The translations under genes were made by a program, and so were the position numbers. The notes under the pieces were generated by a model. That model was given only the letters and a program-made list of their open reading frames with translations, searched no databases and was not told the DNA's origin. Of a DNA stretch of 64,000 nt, positions 46,914 to 56,668 are shown one piece after another. How positions within the stretch are numbered: the stretch's first letter is position 1; each line of letters begins with the position of its first letter. The DNA is from Verrucomicrobiota bacterium. GTDB taxonomy: Bacteria; Verrucomicrobiota; Verrucomicrobiia; Opitutales; Cerasicoccaceae. The stretch is from assembly GCA_039818205.1 (NCBI GenBank), contig JBCBUK010000002.1, positions 256,001-320,000 of the forward strand, given 5' to 3'.

Positions 46914-48379
46914 TGCTTGTTTTTACCCAGATCTTTCTTTGGTGCGTTCTATTGGTTTCCATAGCAATGCGCTTCATGGCACCGCTTGAGATGAACGGTA
47001 TTTTTCTCTCTGCGGTAGGCTTACTTGGACTGTTCAGTTACATTATTACCTGCTTCTACCTCCGTTACAACACGATTAGATTTAGTTGGGCGGGACTGTT
47101 CAATTTTTTCTGTGTCTCGTTCCTTATCGTGCATTTTCACAATATTCTAATTGTAGAAATCTATGACGATATTCGGATGAATATGAAGCTATGGTTTTCA
47201 CCCATGTATGCCTGTTCGAGCGCGGCCTTATCGCTGTCCGGTTTTACGTCCTTTTTGATAGTCTACAGCCTTTCCAAATCGAAAAACAGAATGCCGCTTC
47301 GAGAAAAAGCCACTTCAACGATCAACCCCGCTCGGTTGAAGTTGATCGTCTATATCCTATGTGTGGCGTCGGGCGTTCTCCTCCTTCTTTTTGTCGGTCT
47401 TGCAGGGAATAAATTTCGTAGTGGAGCGTATGCGGGTGGAGGTGATTATCTTGGCGGCGGAGCGAGCCATATTTTCATTCTATATAATGTCTTCTTTTTT
47501 AGTATGATCGTGTTCGATATATATCGAATGCGTGTCCTTTATGACCATCTGTCCCCAATCGGATTTCTTAGATGCGCGAACCCTTTCGTGCTTGGGAGCG
47601 CGGGAGTCTATCTCCTCATGAGTCTCTATGTTGGTGACCGTGGCCCGATTCTTCAGATGCTTATGCTTTATGCGGGAGCCTATAGTATCTTTTTCGGGAG
47701 AATACGGTTCTGGATGTTTGCTGGATGCATTGTTCTCGGAGTTATGACTATGGCTTTCATCGGTCGCTACCGGACATCCGATGCGGGTGTGTCGATGGAA
47801 GAGAAGATCGAAGAAGGAAAGTACAAGATGGGGGAGAGTAGTTGGTACCATACGACTGCTGAGCTTGGAGGTTCTTTTCGTTGTGTTGCGGCCTCAGAGA
47901 TGGTTGTTGAAGAACGCGGCTATTTTTGGGGGCTGTTTAAATTGAACAACTTTGTTAGCGCGGTTCCGTTTGCGAGTCGTTTCATGGCGCCTTACTTCGG
48001 CGCTCTTACTAGTGGTTTGACCTCTGGACAGTTCCTTACAGCGGTGATAATCGGTCCGAATTCAACTATTGGGGTTGGGACTACTATCATCGCGGATATC
48101 TATTTGGACTTCGGTTATGTGGGGGTTATAATCATGATGGGTATTTTGGGTTGGGGATTTGCATTTGTTGAGAAGCGGGCGCTTACCGGTTATAGTTTGA
48201 TGCATATCGCTTTGTTGCTCTTTATGTTGTCTGTGGCGTTCTATTGGCCTCGTTCGACTTTCGTCCCGCATGTCAAATTGATTGTGTGGGGGCTCGCGTT
48301 TATCAAGATCGTACATGTCTTCTATGGGAGAAACCTAAAGCTTTCGCGGAATGATATTTTGCGCCGCTATCGTGGATAA
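46913..48379 (+). CDS. wzy: Wzy-type polysaccharide polymerase
   Basis: About 11-12 TM; GDRG, G.G.TIIADIYLDFGYVG; located amid GT genes. Confidence 0.8.
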   Translation: MLVFTQIFLWCVLLVSIAMRFMAPLEMNGIFLSAVGLLGLFSYIITCFYLRYNTIRFSWAGLFNFFCVSFLIVHFHNILIVEIYDDIRMNMKLWFSPMYACSSAALSLSGFTSFLIVYSLSKSKNRMPLREKATSTINPARLKLIVYILCVASGVLLLLFVGLAGNKFRSGAYAGGGDYLGGGASHIFILYNVFFFSMIVFDIYRMRVLYDHLSPIGFLRCANPFVLGSAGVYLLMSLYVGDRGPILQMLMLYAGAYSIFFGRIRFWMFAGCIVLGVMTMAFIGRYRTSDAGVSMEEKIEEGKYKMGESSWYHTTAELGGSFRCVAASEMVVEERGYFWGLFKLNNFVSAVPFASRFMAPYFGALTSGLTSGQFLTAVIIGPNSTIGVGTTIIADIYLDFGYVGVIIMMGILGWGFAFVEKRALTGYSLMHIALLLFMLSVAFYWPRSTFVPHVKLIVWGLAFIKIVHVFYGRNLKLSRNDILRRYRG

Positions 48380-48412
48380 ACACACTTACTTCGAAGTGCC
48401 TTGGATTGAGCT

Positions 48413-48994
48413 ATGATAGCGCCAGATGAGTCGTTGAGAGATGCGTTGAAACAAGACGCTCTGTGGTTCAAGTGCGACCTCAAGCTAATCAATTTGACGC
48501 GAGCGATGCTTCTCCATCCTGGCTTTCGGATTGTGGTGGTTTCGAGAGTGCTTGGAGAGTATCGTGTTCGGCGTAAGATGAGGTTTCTGACCATTCCTTT
48601 GGTCGTCCTTCACCATATACTGCGGGAATTGTCGGGAATCCAAATTAGCTATGGAATGAAAGCAGGGGGAGGCTTTTACATGCCTCATTTCGGTTCGATC
48701 ATTATTAACCAGGATGCTACATTTGGCCGAAACTGCTATATCTCCCACAATATCACCGTTGGAAAAGTGCACGCTGGTGAGAAAATGGGGGTTCCGTCGT
48801 TTGGAGACGATGTTTATGTCGGTCCCGGCGCTGTCATTTTGGGAGCGTGCCGTATTGGAAACAATGTCGCCATCGCTGCAAACTCTGTCGTGATGTCTGA
48901 TATTCCAGACGACAGCTTCGTAGCCGGGGCTCCGGCAAAAGTAGTTTCCGATAAGGGGAGTAAAGAAATACTCGGGAGAGCTGATTCGGTATGA
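48413..48994 (+). CDS. Serine-acetyltransferase-like hexapeptide acyltransferase (WcaB-like)
   Basis: PHFGSIII, HNITVG, GDDVYVGPGA, ANSVV, AGAPAK. Confidence 0.88.
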   Translation: MIAPDESLRDALKQDALWFKCDLKLINLTRAMLLHPGFRIVVVSRVLGEYRVRRKMRFLTIPLVVLHHILRELSGIQISYGMKAGGGFYMPHFGSIIINQDATFGRNCYISHNITVGKVHAGEKMGVPSFGDDVYVGPGAVILGACRIGNNVAIAANSVVMSDIPDDSFVAGAPAKVVSDKGSKEILGRADSV

Positions 48995-49004
48995 TCCCAG
49001 GTTA

Positions 49005-49538
49005 ATGAAAAGTATGACAGGAATCTTAGAGCGTCTTTATCAAGTATACCTTCGTCGCAAGCGACCGATTGAGTATGCGCGTCGAATCGGTGTGAAGATG
49101 GGTAAGGACTGTAAGATTGTTGCACCTTCTGGGGGAACTTTTGGAAGCGAACCCTACTTGGTTGAGTTCGGAGATCACGTTGAAATTTCCTCCCAGGTTA
49201 CGTTCGTGACCCATGATGGAGGCGCTTGGATTTTCCGTGATGAGCATCCAGATTTGGATGTATTTGCACCAATAACGGTCGGTAATAACGTGTTCATCGG
49301 CCTTGGATCCACAGTCTTGCCGGGAACGGTGATCGGTGACAATTGCGTTATTGGAGCTAAATCTTTGGTTCGTGGGAAGTTGGAATCAGGAGGCGTTTAT
49401 GCGGGGGTTCCGGTCCGTTTTATCAAGCCAGTCGAAGACTATTTAGAAGGATTGCTCAAACGGGATGTTGGAACCAAAAGTTTTACTGCTTGTGAGAAAA
49501 GAAAGTTTCTAGAGAAACACTTTAGCGTTTCGCCGTGA
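49005..49538 (+). CDS. Hexapeptide-repeat acyltransferase
   Basis: FGSEPYLV, FVTHDGG, VGNNVFIG, GVYAGVP. Confidence 0.9.
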   Translation: MKSMTGILERLYQVYLRRKRPIEYARRIGVKMGKDCKIVAPSGGTFGSEPYLVEFGDHVEISSQVTFVTHDGGAWIFRDEHPDLDVFAPITVGNNVFIGLGSTVLPGTVIGDNCVIGAKSLVRGKLESGGVYAGVPVRFIKPVEDYLEGLLKRDVGTKSFTACEKRKFLEKHFSVSP

Positions 49539-50218
49539 GTGGATCACTAAAACATTTGTTTAGGGAAAGTGAGTGGGCATACGGCTTCTATGTCCGTCGA
49601 GCGAGCCGCATATCTACTGATTGGCCTAATGAGTCGACCGATTGCCATCAGACCGGTTTTCCGCGCTCCGCCAATACCTATAGCCGTTACTTGATCACGA
49701 ACTTTTTTCCCGAAAAGCGTTTTGTGACGCATATACATGCGGTTGCCTCGATCAAAGCTGCGTTGCGTAAAAGAGTTTTTACTCAGGTGATCGTACGCGA
49801 CCCTCAATCCAGCGTTTCTTCTTTGTGTATGAAATACTCACTTTCAGATACTAATGAAGCACTGATTGGTGAAACTTTAGAGTCTTACCTGAGATACCAT
49901 AGCTATGTCCTTCGTAGTCGTGACTCGCTAGAAGTTATTGATTTTTTGACGGTAACCACCGATCCAGAAGCGTTTGTTGCTCACATGGGCCGCGCCCTAG
50001 GAGTTGCGTTGGATCCGTCTGAAATCGGTCCAAAGATCGAGCAGCTTCAACAGGACTTTCGTGCGAAAGAGAAAACTAAGAAAGTCTCGGGTAGTTCGCT
50101 TCCAAACGATGAGCGGAATAAGGCGAAGGAGCGTTACCGTCTAACTATTGAATCGCACCCATTGTTTAACGGCGCCAACAACTGTTATGAGCAGCTAGTA
50201 TCTAAACGTGCGGTTTAG
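49535..50218 (+). CDS. Sulfotransferase-like protein
   Basis: GFPRSANTY (5'-phosphosulfate-binding loop-like) and IVRDPQSSVSS (3'-phosphate-binding-like). Confidence 0.65.
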   Translation: MSGSLKHLFRESEWAYGFYVRRASRISTDWPNESTDCHQTGFPRSANTYSRYLITNFFPEKRFVTHIHAVASIKAALRKRVFTQVIVRDPQSSVSSLCMKYSLSDTNEALIGETLESYLRYHSYVLRSRDSLEVIDFLTVTTDPEAFVAHMGRALGVALDPSEIGPKIEQLQQDFRAKEKTKKVSGSSLPNDERNKAKERYRLTIESHPLFNGANNCYEQLVSKRAV

Positions 50219-50247
50219 ACTCGATTGAATTTTATATCAGCTGATCT

Positions 50248-51348
50248 TTGAGTAAGAAAATAAAGCTTTGGATTGCGACCGGAAGCTTATCTGGGGGCGG
50301 CGCTGAGAGTCAGATTCATCTGTTGGCCAGTCATCTTGATCCAGGCCGGTTTGACATTCGAATCGGGTATTTAACCAAGAATGAGTCGGATCCGACCTTT
50401 CCCGAGCACGTTTCTTTGATCCACCTGTCGCGAGAAAAAACCTGGCAATGGCACCGGGTATGGTCGGGCATCCAGGACGACTTCCGATTGTTCAAACCAA
50501 ATCTGGTGCATGTTTGGTTGCCCGACACGATAATTATACCAGCGGCGGTTGTCTCGAAGATGCAGGGGCATCCAGTTATTTCGTCAATTCGTCGTTCGAC
50601 TTTCAAGGGAATCAGCAGAAGCTATTTCCCCCGGGAAGCAATGGGCCTACTGCCGCACCTGTTTTCGAGCCGGATCGTTTCGAATTTTCCCATTACCGAA
50701 GAACCGTGGATCGTGAAACGGCTGTGTTCCTGGCGCGGAAATATGGTCATACCAAACGGAGTGGATACTCGACGGCAAGCTGGTCCGCATGAGGCTAATT
50801 CCGATAAGCTGCGCCTGATGTACGTCGGACGATTCGCGCGCCAGAAGAATCTTCCGTTTCTTATTCGGGTGCTTGGTGAGATTAAGCGCCGAGGGAATGT
50901 CTCCTGTCATTTATCAATTTTTGGAAAAGGCGTTCACGATCAGAAAGCGGTTTTGGAGAAACTTATAAAGGAAGTTGGACTTTCCGGTGACGACGTTGCC
51001 TTTGAAGGATACCGCACTGATTGGAGACGTGAAAGTGGTCGTTTCGACTATATGGTATTTCCTAGCTTATCCGAAGGAATGCCTAATGTCGTTGCCGAGG
51101 CTATGGCTGAAGGTGTTCCAGTAATCGCCTCAGATATTGTCGAGACGGCACCGTTGGTCATAGCCGGAGAGAATGGTTTTCGTTTTGATCCAACGATCAG
51201 CCATGAATTGATCGAGATCATTGAGTCAGTTCCCCGAGGTGACGAGCATTGGAATAAGCTTTCCCATTCGGCAGCCAACAAGGCCAATGAATATTCGATC
51301 ACTCAGATGGTTGCTACCTACGAACAGTTGTACGAGAGAATTGCATGA
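50248..51348 (+). CDS. Glycosyltransferase, GT4
   Basis: GGAESQ, IPNGVD, GRFARQKN, SEGMPNVVAEA. Confidence 0.92.
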   Translation: MSKKIKLWIATGSLSGGGAESQIHLLASHLDPGRFDIRIGYLTKNESDPTFPEHVSLIHLSREKTWQWHRVWSGIQDDFRLFKPNLVHVWLPDTIIIPAAVVSKMQGHPVISSIRRSTFKGISRSYFPREAMGLLPHLFSSRIVSNFPITEEPWIVKRLCSWRGNMVIPNGVDTRRQAGPHEANSDKLRLMYVGRFARQKNLPFLIRVLGEIKRRGNVSCHLSIFGKGVHDQKAVLEKLIKEVGLSGDDVAFEGYRTDWRRESGRFDYMVFPSLSEGMPNVVAEAMAEGVPVIASDIVETAPLVIAGENGFRFDPTISHELIEIIESVPRGDEHWNKLSHSAANKANEYSITQMVATYEQLYERIA

Positions 51349-52538
51349 CCGGAAATCAGGATAGTTCAGGTGTTGCTACAAAAGTGGCTCTTTTGACTCA
51401 TTGTCTGGATCGTTCTGCAGGGGGGCTGTATTTTAGTGTTCCTGCGCTGGGCCGAGCTCTATCTCGCAACGATGGTTGCAAGATATCTGTGTTTGCCCCG
51501 GGTAGCTACACGGAGCAAACGATGGAGCATTGGCGGCCCCTTCAAACGCTTGCGCATCCTGTTCGTGGGCCAAAGGATTATCTTTTTGCTCCGGGGATGG
51601 AGAAAAGCCTGCGCCGTTTTTCTCCGCAGGTGATTCATTTGAACGGGATTTGGACGTATAATTCACGGGTTGTGAACAAGCTTTCTAACCGCTACCGCAT
51701 CCCATTCATCATTAGCCCGCGTGGTATGTTGAGCGATTGGGCCCTAACGGTTTCCGCCTGGAAGAAGTGGATAATGGGTAACCTTCATGAGAAGCGTTTC
51801 CTGAAGACGGCCAGCTGTATGCATGCCTTGAATCAGCAAGAGGCCAGACAGTTTCGAAAATATGGACTGGAACAACCCATTTGTGTCATTCCCAATGGCG
51901 TTGATTTACCGGTGATTGATAGTGCGACCCAAGGAAGTCGCGATGGGATACAGCGCATTCTCTATATCGGTCGTTTCCATCGGATCAAAGGGCTCACCAG
52001 TCTGATTCGTGCCTATTCTGACATCTGGAGAACGAATCCAGGTTTTCGGAAAAAGTGGCGGCTCGTGCTAGCTGGGTTTGATGACGGCGGTCACCTGGAG
52101 GATTGCCAGGAACTGGCCCGCAACAAAGAATGTTACGACGGTATCGAGTGGCCTGGAACTGTGTACGGCGAGGACAAGACAGCGTTGATCAATCAGTGCC
52201 AGTGGTTCATTTTGCCAAGCCATAGTGAGGCGATGCCGATGGCAGTCCTCGAAGCGTTTAGCTATGGATTACCGGCAATCCTATCGCGGTATTGTAACCT
52301 GCAGGATGCCTTCAACGCGAACGCTGCAATCTGTGGTAATCCTGAGGAAGATAGCATGAAGGCAGCATTGCTGAAGGCGGCTGCGATGCCAGAGACTGAA
52401 CGCAAGGCTATGGGGGGCGCGGCCAGAAAGCTGGTTGAATCAAAGTATACGTGGGATAAACAGGGCCTGGCGATGTTTGAGGTTTATGAATGGCTTCTGA
52501 ATCGCCGGGAACGACCTTCTTGTGTCGTGCTTGATTGA
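51345..52538 (+). CDS. Glycosyltransferase, GT4
   Basis: SPRGML, IPNGVD, GRFHRIKG, SEAMPMAVLEA. Confidence 0.92.
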   Translation: MTGNQDSSGVATKVALLTHCLDRSAGGLYFSVPALGRALSRNDGCKISVFAPGSYTEQTMEHWRPLQTLAHPVRGPKDYLFAPGMEKSLRRFSPQVIHLNGIWTYNSRVVNKLSNRYRIPFIISPRGMLSDWALTVSAWKKWIMGNLHEKRFLKTASCMHALNQQEARQFRKYGLEQPICVIPNGVDLPVIDSATQGSRDGIQRILYIGRFHRIKGLTSLIRAYSDIWRTNPGFRKKWRLVLAGFDDGGHLEDCQELARNKECYDGIEWPGTVYGEDKTALINQCQWFILPSHSEAMPMAVLEAFSYGLPAILSRYCNLQDAFNANAAICGNPEEDSMKAALLKAAAMPETERKAMGGAARKLVESKYTWDKQGLAMFEVYEWLLNRRERPSCVVLD

Positions 52539-52541
52539 TTT

Positions 52542-53774
52542 TTGAATTCGGTCGTGCGTTTTCTTTTTAATACCGGTGTTTACAAGCCTGCTGCGGTTTC
52601 GAGTGGACCGATCCATTCCGTGTCTGGCCTGGCTGAAAAACTTGTTAGCCGAGGTCATTCAGTCACGGTAGTCGCGAGCCTTATTGAAGGGGCATACGGT
52701 GCCGAGGTGAAATCAGGCACTCGGCGCAATATCGCAGGGGTTGATGTGATCTATTTTCGAACGGAGCCCTATATTTGGCAACGACTACCGATCCGGCGCT
52801 TAAAACGATTAAGCGTCTTTACCATGGAGCCCGCATTCTTGAAATGGCTGAACACGCTGCCAACGGATTACGACATTGTTGATTCTCAACTTGGTTTTCT
52901 GTGTAGTAATGGACCCCTGTCCAAGTGGGCGAAAAAGAACCGAATCGGTTACTTCTACCATCAGCGGGGTAACCTGGATCCGATACGGTTCGGAGCGAAT
53001 TCATTGTTCAAAAAGATTTACATCAAGCTAGTTGAAGCGCGCATCCTGCGAAGGAGCAACCGCCTGGTCGCTTTGTCTCGCAAAGAAGGAGATGTGTTTG
53101 AAAAATGGGCGCCCGGCCAACCAGTCAGTATTGTTCCCAACGGGGTCCATGTTGACGATTGGAGGGATCAGGCGGTGTCCTCGGAGATAACGGCTTCAAT
53201 CGCTTCTAGGGGTGACGAACCGATGATTCTTTGGTTCAGTCGCTATAATCGACTCAAGGGACCATTTTTGTTTATTGATGCAGTTAACCAATTGAGGAAA
53301 CGGCATTCAGATTTTTTTGCGGTTATGGCGGGCACGGATGAGAACGGACTCCGCGAGGCTTGTATTGAACGTATCGATGAACTTGGTCTCAATGATGTCA
53401 TCGAAGTCTTGCCCGCGTTAGGTGGAGAAGACCGCCGCTACATTTTGCAGCGAGCCGAAATATTTGCTCTACCGACAAGTGGCGAAGGATTTTCTATGGC
53501 AATTCTCGAGGCAATGGCCACCCGTTGTGCGGTTGTGACCACCACCGAAGCAAATTTTCCAGAGCTAACGGAGAACGGTGCAGGTGAGATCGTGCCCTTG
53601 GAATCTGAGGCGTTCGCCGATGCTTTCGAAAGGCTTCTGACGAAACCCGCCATGAGGCAGTCGATGGTCGAGCAAGCCGAGCGATTAGTTTGCGATCGAT
53701 ATGATTGGGATATGATTGCCACTCAATACGAATCAATTGCAGAAACAGTTGTTGGTGAGTTGAAGTCAGCATGA
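52542..53774 (+). CDS. Glycosyltransferase, GT4
   Basis: RGNLDP, VPNGV, SRYNRLKG, EGFSMAILEA. Confidence 0.92.
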   Translation: MNSVVRFLFNTGVYKPAAVSSGPIHSVSGLAEKLVSRGHSVTVVASLIEGAYGAEVKSGTRRNIAGVDVIYFRTEPYIWQRLPIRRLKRLSVFTMEPAFLKWLNTLPTDYDIVDSQLGFLCSNGPLSKWAKKNRIGYFYHQRGNLDPIRFGANSLFKKIYIKLVEARILRRSNRLVALSRKEGDVFEKWAPGQPVSIVPNGVHVDDWRDQAVSSEITASIASRGDEPMILWFSRYNRLKGPFLFIDAVNQLRKRHSDFFAVMAGTDENGLREACIERIDELGLNDVIEVLPALGGEDRRYILQRAEIFALPTSGEGFSMAILEAMATRCAVVTTTEANFPELTENGAGEIVPLESEAFADAFERLLTKPAMRQSMVEQAERLVCDRYDWDMIATQYESIAETVVGELKSA

Positions 53775-53796
53775 GGTTTTTGTCTCCAAAATCTTG

Positions 53797-55002
53797 ATGC
53801 GAATCTGGGTTGTAAATCCTTTTGATGATGTTCCTGGAGAGGGAGCGCAGCAGCGGTATCCAACTATTTGTTCTGAGCTTGCTCGCCGTGGACACGAAGT
53901 TACTTGGTGGACCTCACGATGGAGTCATCGAAGAAAGCAATGGCGTAATCTCAAATCGGATTCTGTCGACTATGAAATCGTATTGGTCGATGTCCCTGAG
54001 TATAAGAAAAATGTCAGTTTGGCACGTATACGGAATCATCGACAGTTTGCGCGCAATCTACTGGATCTTGGGCACCGCCGTATCTTGGATGATCAAGAGC
54101 CGGATTTGGTTCTTTTTAGTTGGCCGCCGGTCGAAGCTTCCGAATCAGTGCTATCTTGGCGAGAGGCCTGTGGCTGCGATGTGGTCATCGATTTGATGGA
54201 TGTCTGGCCAGACAATTTTCTTTTTCTCGCCCCGAACAACCCAGTTGCTCGATCGGTCGTGAAGCTGTTGCTCAAGCCCTGGGATGATCAGGCGAACCGT
54301 ATTTGCCAAACTGTCGATCGCGCGTCGGCGCAGTCGCATACCTTCGCTGATTTTGTCCGCAAACGCGGTGGTCCGGAGAGTGTCCACGTCTGTTATCTTG
54401 GAGGGCAGGATCGTTTTCTGGCAAAGGATTCGTTGGAGAAAAACTCGGGTGAGCTGCGCCTCGTATATATCGGTGCGCTTGGGAAGGTCTATGATCTCGA
54501 GACTCTGATTCATGGAATCGCCCAGCTCAAGATGGCTGGCCAAACCGTTTACCTAGACATCTGTGGACAAGGCGAAAAGGAGGCTGATCTGTTGTCGCAG
54601 ATCGAGCAACTTGAAGTCGGCGAGTTGGTGAGATGCCATGGTTACCTGCAAGGAGCAGACTTTTATAAGCAGCTCTCGAAAGGCGATGTCGGTGTTATTC
54701 CAATGTTCCCCGATTCCCAGGTGGCAGTCCCCTATAAAGCGGGTGATTACTTTAGCGCCGGTCTCCCGATTATCAATAGCTTGCCGGGAGAGATGCAGGA
54801 ACTATTGGAGCAGAACAACTGCGGCATTAGTTATTCGGCTGGTGATGTCGCTTCCTTCGTTGAAGGGGTTCGCGTCTATCTTAGCGATCATGACCGTTTG
54901 GTTGATGAGTCAGGCAATGCGCGTCAACTATTTACTGATCGATTTGATCGTTCGAAGACTTACTGCGATTGGGCTGAGTGGTTGGAAGGCAATGTGTCTT
55001 AA
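53797..55002 (+). CDS. Glycosyltransferase, GT4 (WbuB-like)
   Basis: GHEVTW, DLMDVWPD, YIGALG, PYKAGDYFSAGLP. Confidence 0.88.
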   Translation: MRIWVVNPFDDVPGEGAQQRYPTICSELARRGHEVTWWTSRWSHRRKQWRNLKSDSVDYEIVLVDVPEYKKNVSLARIRNHRQFARNLLDLGHRRILDDQEPDLVLFSWPPVEASESVLSWREACGCDVVIDLMDVWPDNFLFLAPNNPVARSVVKLLLKPWDDQANRICQTVDRASAQSHTFADFVRKRGGPESVHVCYLGGQDRFLAKDSLEKNSGELRLVYIGALGKVYDLETLIHGIAQLKMAGQTVYLDICGQGEKEADLLSQIEQLEVGELVRCHGYLQGADFYKQLSKGDVGVIPMFPDSQVAVPYKAGDYFSAGLPIINSLPGEMQELLEQNNCGISYSAGDVASFVEGVRVYLSDHDRLVDESGNARQLFTDRFDRSKTYCDWAEWLEGNVS

Positions 55003-55006
55003 TAAA

Positions 55007-56020
55007 ATGGATGACGCAAACAAGGAGCTTGAAGTCAACTTCATCTACCGGACCAAGGGGATTGCCTACAGCATTGAGCGAGTTTTTGATGACGTTCGGA
55101 AGGAGCTCGGCCAAGCAGTTTCTCAAAGCGATTTTTACACGCCGTTTCGGAACCCAGGATCAAATCCCAAAAGCTTCTTTGGCAATCTCCGCGCCGCTCA
55201 GAAAGCAGCAGTTCAGGGAGTGAATCATATTACCGGGGATTGCAACTACTTGGCGCTTGGCCTTCCAAAAAAAGGCTTGGTAGTTACCGTTCATGACTGT
55301 GGGCATATTAACGTTTTGACCGGCTTAAAACGTCAGATCTTTCGGTGGCTTTGGTTTCAATTGCCAATCCACCGAGCAGAAGCAGTGACTTTTATTTCCG
55401 AGTATTCGAGACAAGATCTGGAAACGGCTCTAGGTATAAAGATCCCGAATGCGCGGGTGATACCCGATCCGGTTTCTGAGTCTTTTTTCGAGGTGGAGAA
55501 ACCGTTCCCGACCTCGATGCCTCGCATTCTCTTTATTGGTACTAAGGCAAATAAGAATTTGGAGCGCTTTGTTGAGGCGATCAATGGATTGGACGTCGAG
55601 CTTCGCATTGTCGGCCGCTTGAGTGATGACCAGAAAAATGCTTTGGAGAAGAACAAGATTCGTTATTCGCAAGTCGCCGATCTCTCCCATGCGCAAATAG
55701 TTGCTGAGTATCAAGAGGCAGATATTGTTTCGCTAGTGTCAACCTTCGAGGGCTTCGGTCTTCCAATTGTGGAAGGACAAGCGACCGGCCGTCCGGTTAT
55801 TACCTCGAATGTCTGCTCGATGCCCGATGTGGCAGGTGATGCGGCTTTATTGGTCGATCCATTTAGTGTTAGCGATATGCGAGAAGGGATCGTTCGTCTA
55901 TGTAGCGATGAGGAATTACGTGCTGATCTGGTAGAGAAAGGCCGAATCAATGTGAAGCGCTTCTCGGCAAAACGAGTCGCTGAACAGTATTTGGATCTTT
56001 ACCGTGAATTGCATCCATAA
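55007..56020 (+). CDS. Glycosyltransferase, GT4
   Basis: SIERVF, TVHDCG, NKNLER, FEGFGLPIVEGQ; start 55007 chosen (the ORF-track extension to 54638 overlaps the previous gene). Confidence 0.9.
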   Translation: MDDANKELEVNFIYRTKGIAYSIERVFDDVRKELGQAVSQSDFYTPFRNPGSNPKSFFGNLRAAQKAAVQGVNHITGDCNYLALGLPKKGLVVTVHDCGHINVLTGLKRQIFRWLWFQLPIHRAEAVTFISEYSRQDLETALGIKIPNARVIPDPVSESFFEVEKPFPTSMPRILFIGTKANKNLERFVEAINGLDVELRIVGRLSDDQKNALEKNKIRYSQVADLSHAQIVAEYQEADIVSLVSTFEGFGLPIVEGQATGRPVITSNVCSMPDVAGDAALLVDPFSVSDMREGIVRLCSDEELRADLVEKGRINVKRFSAKRVAEQYLDLYRELHP

Positions 56021-56069
56021 TCAGTTTCAACTCGTGCAGGACTTTGAACAATCTAACTAAGATACTTTG

Positions 56070-56621
56070 ATGGAGTCATCAACTACCTATCAATCAGAGT
56101 TGAGCTTGGCCAACCGGTTGGTTCGCCTGCTTTGGGGGATCGTTTCAATGGTCTTGTTCCGGCCAACGCCGCGAGTATTCCACGGATGGCGTTGCTGGTT
56201 ATTACGTTTGTTTGGTGCGAAGATTGGGCGAGGAGTAAAGATCTATGCTTCGACGCGTGTCTGGGCTCCGTGGTTGTTAACCGTTGAGGATCGGGCAATC
56301 ATTGGCGATCACGTTGATTGTTACTGTGTGGCCCCGATACTGATCAAGCAAGCTGCCGTGATCAGTCAGGGTTCGTCCCTCTGCGCTGCAACCCATGACC
56401 ATCGTAGCCGCGATTTTACCCTTATCCCCAAGCCGATAACTATTGGTCGCGAAGCTTGGGTAGCCGCACGGGCATTTGTCGGCCCTGGAGTTACGGTCGG
56501 AGACGAAGCAGTCGTCGGTGCTTGCTGTGTCGTGTTTCGAGATGTGAAACCAGGCAACGTTGTCATAGGAAATCCGTCTCGTGTTGTGGCTGAGAGCCGG
56601 TGGAAGACAAACGAAGCCTAG
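56070..56621 (+). CDS. wcaF: WcaF-like acetyltransferase
   Basis: LFRPTPR, LLRLFGAKIG, WAPW, ISQG..LCAATHD, AFVGPGV, GNP. Confidence 0.88.
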   Translation: MESSTTYQSELSLANRLVRLLWGIVSMVLFRPTPRVFHGWRCWLLRLFGAKIGRGVKIYASTRVWAPWLLTVEDRAIIGDHVDCYCVAPILIKQAAVISQGSSLCAATHDHRSRDFTLIPKPITIGREAWVAARAFVGPGVTVGDEAVVGACCVVFRDVKPGNVVIGNPSRVVAESRWKTNEA

Positions 56622-56668
56622 GTATACAGCAAGGTCTTGATTTTCAAACTGAGCTTATAGACGATTTC

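Noticed and set aside
54638..55006. Long N-terminal extension of the GT4 ORF, suggesting overlap or frameshift
   Set aside because: ATG at 55007 sits 4 nt after the previous stop and GT homology starts there
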